Shown here: positions 48,696 to 56,954 of the stretch, one piece after another
Layout: every line of letters starts with the position of its first letter
Numbering within the stretch: position 1 is the first letter of the stretch
Assembly: GCF_001194135.2 (NCBI RefSeq)
Contig: NC_068984.1
Location: 49,353,946 to 49,410,899, forward strand
Length of the DNA stretch: 56,954 nucleotides
Direction of reading: 5' to 3'
DNA from: Octopus bimaculoides
Lineage: Eukaryota
Program-made: the position numbers and the translations under genes
The notes under the pieces: generated by a model
Database searches by the model: none
What the model was told of the DNA's origin: nothing
The model's input: the letters and a program-made list of their open reading frames with translations, nothing else

Positions 48696-50814
48696 TTTGC
48701 AATACACATACCTTTTAAATATTATGAAAAGAAACAGGAGAGGGAGAGAGAGAAACTCTACCTTGTTAGAAGCCCTGCTCGAAATTGTAACTAAACTGTC
48801 TTATCCTACTTCAGTCTTATCTTACTGTGTTTAAAGAAGGAAAAGCTCAATGTGATAACATGGTCTTAGATATGCATCGCTTTAAAAAATACATGACAGT
48901 CACGGCTTGAATGCGTTGGGTATTATATCCTGCAGATTATGGCTGAAGTGGGACTATAACATTATGGAATAATAACACAATGGAAAGAATTTGGGGGAAT
49001 AATTAGAAAATGACACAATAATCACCCATAATTGGCAGTCATTAGCTGTAAAAAAAAAAAGAATAGGCGATGATCGTTTTCAACAGAGTCCATTGCTTAA
49101 CGAACAAACAAAACATAAAATGCCTATGCTTAATCTCAACAACCCTACCCTTTCCGTAATGTAAGATCGTGACATCAATGGTGAAAAGTGATATACTGTA
49201 ACATCGCAACACATTTGAAACCAGAAACACAATAAGGAGAAGTAATATAGGTCGCAACCGAGATGTGTTTCAACCCGCCGCGTTAGGAATCACTGAGCTC
49301 CCTTGGCTTTAGTAGGTCCACAATTTCATGTTGAGTGTCTCTTTTGTTAGCATCAAAGTAGTTGAGTGATTACTGATCTGTTTTAGTAAGTAGGAGTCTC
49401 CAAAATATAACAACAGACATGATTTGTTGTTCAGTACGATAACAGTGGCTAAAGAAACCTACCCAGTGTTGAAGAATAACACTAATTATGGATGAAATAT
49501 GTCCATAGATTTGTGCGTGCGAATATAAAACAAAAGTAAGCTCGGAGAAATAACTCAGAATAGTCATTTTGAATGAATTTGACCAAAAAAAAACGATGAA
49601 AAGTATACCAAATGCCAATAGGATAAATTCTTGATTTAGTTGAAATTATCATCACTTCGAAAGGAGGCAAACAGACTAGTTGCGATTACAATCGACTCCG
49701 AGTGAAAACGGGGGTTAATCTCCTAGTTTTTGCAATCATTCTTCTAGATTAAGATGCCATTAAGGAAGAGTCAATCTGGAGAAAAGCAGAAAGCTGTGAA
49801 AACATGAAGTTACCTCAATGACCATCATCAGCACATAATTTCCAAATTTCACTGAAACCAGAGATAGACGTATGCAAAAAGAGTAGCGAGCTGTTTTGGC
49901 CAAGGATAGGCAATAGTAATATTCGTTATTCATCTGACTTCCGTTATTATGGATGTGTAGTTGCGTTTATATGTGTATGCTTATTTATATCATTAAGAAC
50001 AATACGTTCAACCGCGAATATTCCTATTCATGGTTGAAAGTACTGAATACTCTTATTCCTCTCAAGAAAATATACCTCGAATGTCTAATGGAGAAAATGG
50101 TTGATTTTATCAGAAAGTTCAGGTGATATTAGGCAACATGGATATACCCGTGGAGAAACCTATGCTGTAAAAACGCTTGCGATTCAAGATATAGAAAAGC
50201 CCACTTTTCAACAAAAAGCCAATCGCGTTTTAGAAAGACCTCCTTCAACTAATCAAAATGATTGTTTAGAAACTCTAATCTTTCTATCCAGGAATTTCAG
50301 CTAAAAAAGTAAAACCTTCAAATACGGATTCATTGTTCTTAATGAAACATATTGTCACCCAGATTTAGCGCTTAGTTGTTTATTCTAAGTGGCTTAGCCT
50401 GTTCCTAGCAGGATATTCGCATATATGTGTATGTGTGTGTGTGCGAGTGCGCGTATTTATGTATGTATGCATGCATGTTTGTATTAACATACAAGTAAAC
50501 ACACATAAACACATATCTACAGATACACATATACATATTTGTATATGCTCATACGCACACCTACACACACACACATATATACACACACAGAGATTGATTG
50601 ATTGATTGATTGACTGATTAGGTGATTGATATGCATACGTATCGATATATATATACCTATATATACATGTTTAAATATACATACATATATATGTATGTAT
50701 ACATATATATATATATATATATANNNNNNNNNNNNNNNNNNNNNNNNNNNNNNNNNNNNNNNNNNNNNNNNNNNNNNNNNNNNNNNNNNNNNNNNNNNNN
50801 NNNNNNNNNNNNNN

Positions 50815-50848
<34 letters not shown>

Positions 50849-51496
50849 CAGGGGAGAAAAAAATTTGTATATACATATATGGATAGAAGAATAGGGATAG
50901 CAGAGAGGAGCAAAAAATATTTCTTCGTGGATATCGCAGGTGCTTGTAAAAGAAAGACTAACGCTGGGAGCAAAGAACAAGTGCTCACTGAATAGTGAGA
51001 TGAAACAGTTGCTGCCTAGTTGGAGTGGTTACAGCTGCATCCTGTTTACTGAGGGGTAAAAGTGAGCTACATTGTGGACCAAAAGAGCCTGCACATTCCC
51101 TGTTGGCATCTACCAATGCTACTTGGTACCACTGTAAGAAGGAGTAGTGCCGTTAAGTGCCGAAAACCTTGAGATTTCCCCTAACAGCTGATGAACTGAA
51201 TGTTCCGCAATGCAGTCATATATGATGATTTTTTTTTCTTCTTTTACTTTTGAAAAAGCCGTGAGACATAACAATGACTACAAGTTTCACCTGTCTTGAA
51301 ATTTGTTCAGACAGAGAACAGGTCTGGACACTGGAAATTTGAAGCTATACTCAATCTCTTTTCAATAATAAATTTGACTCTACATCCAATATGAATATTC
51401 TCATCAGTAATTGTATGCAATTAGCCATCATTTGCTCCTAATGTTAATGTGTGTGTGTAAGTGTGTGTGTGTGCACAAATATATAAAATACATATG

Positions 51497-51650
51497 TACT
51501 GGTGTGGTTGCGTAGTAAGAAGTTAGCTTCCTAAACTACATGATTCTGGGTTCAGTCTCACTGCGTGACATCTTAAGCAAGTGTCTTTTACGAGTCGACC
51601 AAATCTTTGTGAGTGAATTCCATAGGCGAAAACTGAAAGAAGCCTATCGT
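51497..51650 (+). mobile_element. SINE family B 5' half running into microsatellite and gap
   Basis: ggttgcgtagtaagaagttagcttcc..gggttcagtctcactgcgtgacatcttaagcaagtgtc..aaactgaaagaagcc. Confidence 0.8.
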
Positions 51651-51702
51651 ATCTCTCTCTTTCTTTCTCTCTCTATATATATAGATATATATATATGTAT
51701 AT

Positions 51703-51743
<41 letters not shown>

Positions 51744-53302
51744 CNNNNNNNNNNNNNNNNNNNNNNNNNNNNNNNNNNNNNNNNNNNNNNNNNNNNNNNN
51801 NNNNNNNNNNNNNNNNNNNNNNNNNNNNNNNNNNNNNNNNNNNNNNNNNNNNNNNNNNNNNNNNNNNNNNNNNNNNNNNNNNNNNNNNNNNNNNNNNNNN
51901 NNNNNNNNNNNNNNNNNNNNNNNNNNNNNNNNNNNNNNNNNNNNNNNNNNNNNNNNNNNNNNNNNNNNNNNNNNNNNNNNNNNNNNNNNNNNNNNNNNNN
52001 NNNNNNNNNNNNNNNNNNNNNNNNNNNNNNNNNNNNNNNNNNNNNNNNNNNNNNNNNNNNNNNNNNNNNNNNNNNNNNNNNNNNNNNNNNNNNNNNNNNN
52101 NNNNNNNNNNNNNNNNNNNNNNNNNNNNNNNNNNNNNNNNNNNNNNNNNNNNNNNNNNNNNNNNNNNNNNNNNNNNNNNNNNNNNNNNNNNNNNNNNNNN
52201 NNNNNNNNNNNNNNNNNNNNNNNNNNNNNNNNNNNNNNNNNNNNNNNNNNNNNNNNNNNNNNNNNNNNNNNNNNNNNNNNNNNNNNNNNNNNNNNNNNNN
52301 NNNNNNNNNNNNNNNNNNNNNNNNNNNACGACTTACTATCGTATATGTACATGTTACATCAACCTCTGTGAGTGTATATGTGAACCCGTCTCTGCAGTTT
52401 TCTACAGTTATCAAACAAAAGAATTCTTTATCTCACATAATTGTTTTCTTTATTTTTTCTCCCAATATTTAGTTTAACTCACTAAAAATCTTGTTTGTTT
52501 CAACCTGAATTGATCTTCAGTGAAATTTACCTAATTTCCATTTATTGCTTCTCAGAATTGCACGGTTTCAACCATCATTTACTATTATACATTCTGGTAA
52601 GCACAGTCATCGATGTAGTTATACATACATACATACATACATACATACATACATACATACATAACCGCTGAATAAAATAGAGAGTGGAGCCTTTAAACTC
52701 CCAAGATACGCCTGAAAATGTCGACTATGTCATATTTCGGTTGAAGACATTACAAATGTGATTGCAAATTTCTCGAAAATGTCATCAAAATATATTACCT
52801 TCCAATGCGACATCGTGTTGCTGCTAACACATTATAAATGCCATTCATCAGAAAGCCTGTCTTAGGATGAATATAATAAACATTTCTGACGTTGAATTAT
52901 ATTCACACGTTTCGATACATGAAATATTAATAGAAAATTTCCGTCAAAACTTTCGCCAAATGCAAATGCAATAAGCTTGGCACAGTTTCTTAAAAGAGGA
53001 AACAAAAATCGTATATTGGTGTAGAGATCTCCAGATCAGAAGATGTGAATGTTCCATTCAACATCAATGAAAAAAAGTGAACTACAACTTTTCCACCTAG
53101 ACTGCACATGTATGTTTGTATCATTGTGTGGTTGGCTGTGTCACTAAATGTTAAAAAAGTCAGTTTTCATGCAAAGAAAGATAACCTTCCAACACAACAT
53201 TCAACAATTTTAATCTTTAAGTGAAACAGTATCAAAATACTTTAGATTGTGTGTGTGTGCGCGCGCGCGCGTGTGTATGTGTCTCCGTGTTTGAGTGTGT
53301 GC

Positions 53303-53345
<43 letters not shown>

Positions 53346-53473
53346 CATGAGTATATATAAATTATGATTAAATGTCAGCGTAGGTCAGTATAGGAACAGT
53401 GAATGTATTTCACTAGAATTATTATATGTTTACAAGAGCTTGACGGGCATCTTCGACTAGCAAGTCATGCTAC

Positions 53474-53516
53474 TCCAGACTGATGACGAGCAAAGACTCA
53501 GAAACATGTCTCTGGA
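53474..53516 (+). ncRNA. Minimal type-I hammerhead ribozyme
   Basis: UCCAGA-CUGAUGA-C-GAG[CAAAGA]CUC-A-GAA-ACAUGU-C-UCUGGA: 6-bp stem I, palindromic ACAUGU stem III, GUC site after 53510. Confidence 0.8.
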
Positions 53517-55089
53517 TGCAGGCTTAGCTGGGTGGAGGTGCTTGTCTCCCCCTTGTAAACATAAGGACACAGGAAATGTGTCAAGGCCGACAGGAAGCGG
53601 TGAAGCTTCCTAGGTCTAACCAACAGTAGTATTATTCCCTTCAGGGGACTGTCACATTAAGTTGACAGCATACAACTACTTCAGTATAGGAACAGTTTAT
53701 GCAGATTGAAAAAGGGGGGAAACAAATTGCCATGTTTAATAAAGTATAGATGATTTTAAACTTTTTAAACTTGCCCAACAGCATAGCGAAAAAGGGTGAG
53801 TTATATGGGTGCAAACTCTATGCTGTCTCCTCACTAATAATGAGAGTGAGGAGCCAAAAAATTTTCCCTAGTACTTGGGTTGAAACTGGTGTTCGTCAGT
53901 TTGTGGACCACTGGTATATGTTCTGTAACGAAATGCATCTCTGTCTGGTATTATTTTGCTTATTTATTAGTGTTCAACTAAATAATTAGTGATGTGTATT
54001 CTATAAAAAGAAAAGCAGGATATAAGTATTGCTATTTGTTTTATTTTATTTTGTTTCTATTAGATTAATCAACAAAGCTTAGTAAAAGGATTAAATAGGC
54101 ACTGTTGATTGAAAGTAATTTGAGCAAAATCTAATAGCAGAGAATTCTCGTTTATGTCCTACAATATAAATATAGTAGTCGGCAATAAATACAGTGCACA
54201 GTGTATGATAAAGCCTATCCTAGATTTTAAACTGTCGGGTGGTTGATAGACAGCAGCTACTGAATAGGAAATGCAGGACACAGATTTGGTTCATAGTAGT
54301 ATTATCTGAAGTTTAACAGTGTAAGTTAAGAAACAACTAATGACATTTCAAAGTCTGAGGCATACTTTTTTTTAATAGCCATACAATTTTAGTCTTACTG
54401 TGAATTGCAAACAAGGTGGTTACACCTAAGGTTTGATATCACCGTGAGCAGAAAACGTAAGTTTGAACTGACTTGATTCATATTATTTTATGCATTCATG
54501 ACTGAAAGAATACCTATCTTCTGTCTACTAAGAAAGATATTAATAGATTATAACCGTTTATAGCGTATGCAAACTAGAACTCAGCTAAACTAGTCAGTCT
54601 AATTTGCATAAGAGCATGTGCACTGATAACGTAGATTAATTCATTTATTCATGACAGATTATACAACTACTTCGAATGATTTGAAATGTAAAATACAATT
54701 CCCGTTTGTATACAGAATAAATTACTATAAGCAGCTACTTTCTACACAAATAAGGATAGGGATTCTTTTCCTGATAAAAGTCTAAGAATTCTAAAAACTA
54801 GTCAAATCGATCACATTTTCTGCACATGGGAAGATAAAAATCTTTTACTTAATCATTTTGTTTACCTCTCTCAGCGAAGCTAAAACTGTATTTTTTTAAA
54901 GTAGGTTCCACACATTCCAAGCAGTTCAAAAAATCTTGGTAGTGTACAACGAATTAACTGATGACATTAGAAAATGTTTCAAGCGTGTCATAATGCATTG
55001 AGATCATATAGTTAAGTGCAGGCTAACATACTTAATGCATTGAGTCAAAAAGTAATTGTTAATCAGTTGAAATTACATTAAAAAACGTT

Positions 55090-55262
55090 AGTATGTTGGG
55101 AAAAAATACCTTGCGGTGTCTCGAGTTTCTGTCTAAGTTCAAATCCTACTAGGCTGACATTGCTTTTCATCGTTTCGGACCGATGAAATAAAGTACCGAA
55201 GTCAATTTAATCAACGAACAACTACTTTCAAATTTCAGACCTTGTGCTTATATTAGAAATAA
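55090..55262 (+). mobile_element. Old SINE family A
   Basis: taagttcaaatcc..gacattgcttttcatcgtttcgg..aaatttcagaccttgtgctt. Confidence 0.7.
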
Positions 55263-55679
55263 TTATAGAAATAATAATGAAGAGGAGGGAAAACCGTAAG
55301 ATCTAGTAACATTTATCATAAGATACAAGGATGAGAACTCAGAAATGTTATCTGATTAGAAATAAGATGAGCGTGTACAGTAGGTTGCAAGCCAGTTCTT
55401 TTGTGGTTACGGAGTTAACTCCGAACACGGTTCGGACTCAACTACGTTTTAATCCCCAGAAGTCAAAAAGAATTCCCTACGAAGTCACTCGACTTATCAG
55501 AAATAGCAGCTAATATGTTCTCAACTCACACTCGACATTTGATTTAAACAATGGATATATTGGGTGTGTAATTGTAGGCCTAAATATACAATGATTAAGA
55601 AACTAGGAAACAGTCCAGGCTAAACCGTATTTAGTCGGTGTTTATTCGGTTAGAGATGACCTGGGGCTAAGCAACAAAA

Positions 55680-55895
55680 ATACATTCTTTTCTACTCTAG
55701 GCAGCACAAAACCTGAAATTTTTTTTTTGTGGGGGGGGCAGTCGATTAGATCAACCCTAGTACGTAACTGGTACTTAATTTATCAACCACGAAAGGATGA
55801 AAGGCAAAGTCGACCTCGGCGGAATTTGAACCCAGAACGTAAAGATAGACGAAATACGGCGTGCTAACGTCTCTGCCAGCTCTCCGCCTTACAAC
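55680..55895 (-). mobile_element. SINE family A
   Basis: aactggtacttaatttatcaaccacgaaaggatgaaaggcaaagtcgacctcggcggaatttgaac. Confidence 0.9.
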
Positions 55896-56954
55896 AGCAA
55901 TATATTAACACAAAAGCTATAAGGTGAGCTTTTACTTGGTCACCCGACCTGCTAAAAATTACACTTAAATATATCTCCTTTAGATATATCTCCTTTAAAT
56001 CACACACTACTTAGAAGAAAGTGCATACTGAATAATATAATCCCGAATGCGTTGTGCCTGGAAATATGACGGAACACCTTTGAACATAGATCTGATCGAT
56101 CAGAGTCACCGAGAACATATTACACGCTAAGCAGATTCAGCCACCGAAAGCTAAAAATCTTTGCCTGCAATTCAGCACATGACTGGAGGCGGAATATGAA
56201 ATGACGACCTTTCGGTTGTCAAACTAATATACTAACGAATTCACCAAATGCAGTGACCGGGAGCAAATTGGGAGCATACTGGTGTCAGTTAATAATAAAA
56301 GGGGAGAAATAAAGTATTAGTTATCGCCTTCTTAGAGAAACTTATGCAAGTTTCACTTGCATTGAAACTACAATAAACGCTAGTTGATACAATAAATGCC
56401 GATGTTATAATAAAACCTGCAATTAAGAATTGAATGGAGCAACGGAACAATAACTGTCACTAAAGTAAATGAGATCAAATAGGTGTTAGCCTCAAATTAA
56501 GTAATGAGATAAAAAGAGAAGGACGAGCTTCGTTTCACTTAAATTAGAGATGGATACATAGACAGTAAAGTATTTGTTCAGTTACAAGACTAGAAAATGA
56601 TAAATGACTTTAGCAAATTGAGTTAAGAGGACAGAATAATCAAAACTGACCTTATAACATCTGAGTTAAGAAGACTGCGTTATCGATTATTTTTTTAAGC
56701 AAAATATTTTAAATTAACGATTTCTTATTTAGTTGCCAAGGTATTACAAGCGGAGAAAGGGTATAGGCAATTCATTCGACCCTAGTTCTTATTTTTAAGT
56801 CTAGTACCTTATTCCGTCGGTCGCTTTTGCGAAAACGTAAGCAAAACAACACCGGTTGCTAAGCAATAGGAAGGAAACGCAATCACAAAGACATGCACAT
56901 ATGTATGTATATATGTATGTATGTATGTATGCATATATATATATATATATATAT

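Noticed and set aside
50101-50304. ORF containing YAVKTL (kinase subdomain II-like)
   Set aside because: No Gly-rich loop or other kinase motifs and no convincing splice donor.

Overview
AT-rich, microsatellite-saturated eukaryotic scaffold with 8 N-gaps. The SINE/LINE families look like those of an octopus (coleoid cephalopod) short-read assembly; this is inference from repeat content. I cannot recognise a host protein-coding gene, and most ORFs in the track are microsatellite artefacts. The window is layered retroelement debris: at least 5 R4/Dong (RLE) LINE fragments, a near-full-length decayed L1/Tx1-clade LINE in an (AAC/AAT)n tract, RTE LINE pieces (one ending in two C2H2 fingers), an I/Jockey-like remnant, a DD41D mariner-type remnant, and several modular tRNA-derived SINE families. 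The most striking signal is a set of unrelated minimal type-I hammerhead ribozyme folds with palindromic stem III, the dimer-type architecture known from Penelope-like elements: 3988-4027 (+), 38521-38566 (+), 53474-53516 (+) and tentatively 3866-3949 (-). One lies inside a tRNA-headed SINE present in two copies (38379-38619 and 36400-36643), i.e. a Pol III SINE carrying a self-cleaving ribozyme. All folds and translations were done by eye, and most element boundaries are approximate.
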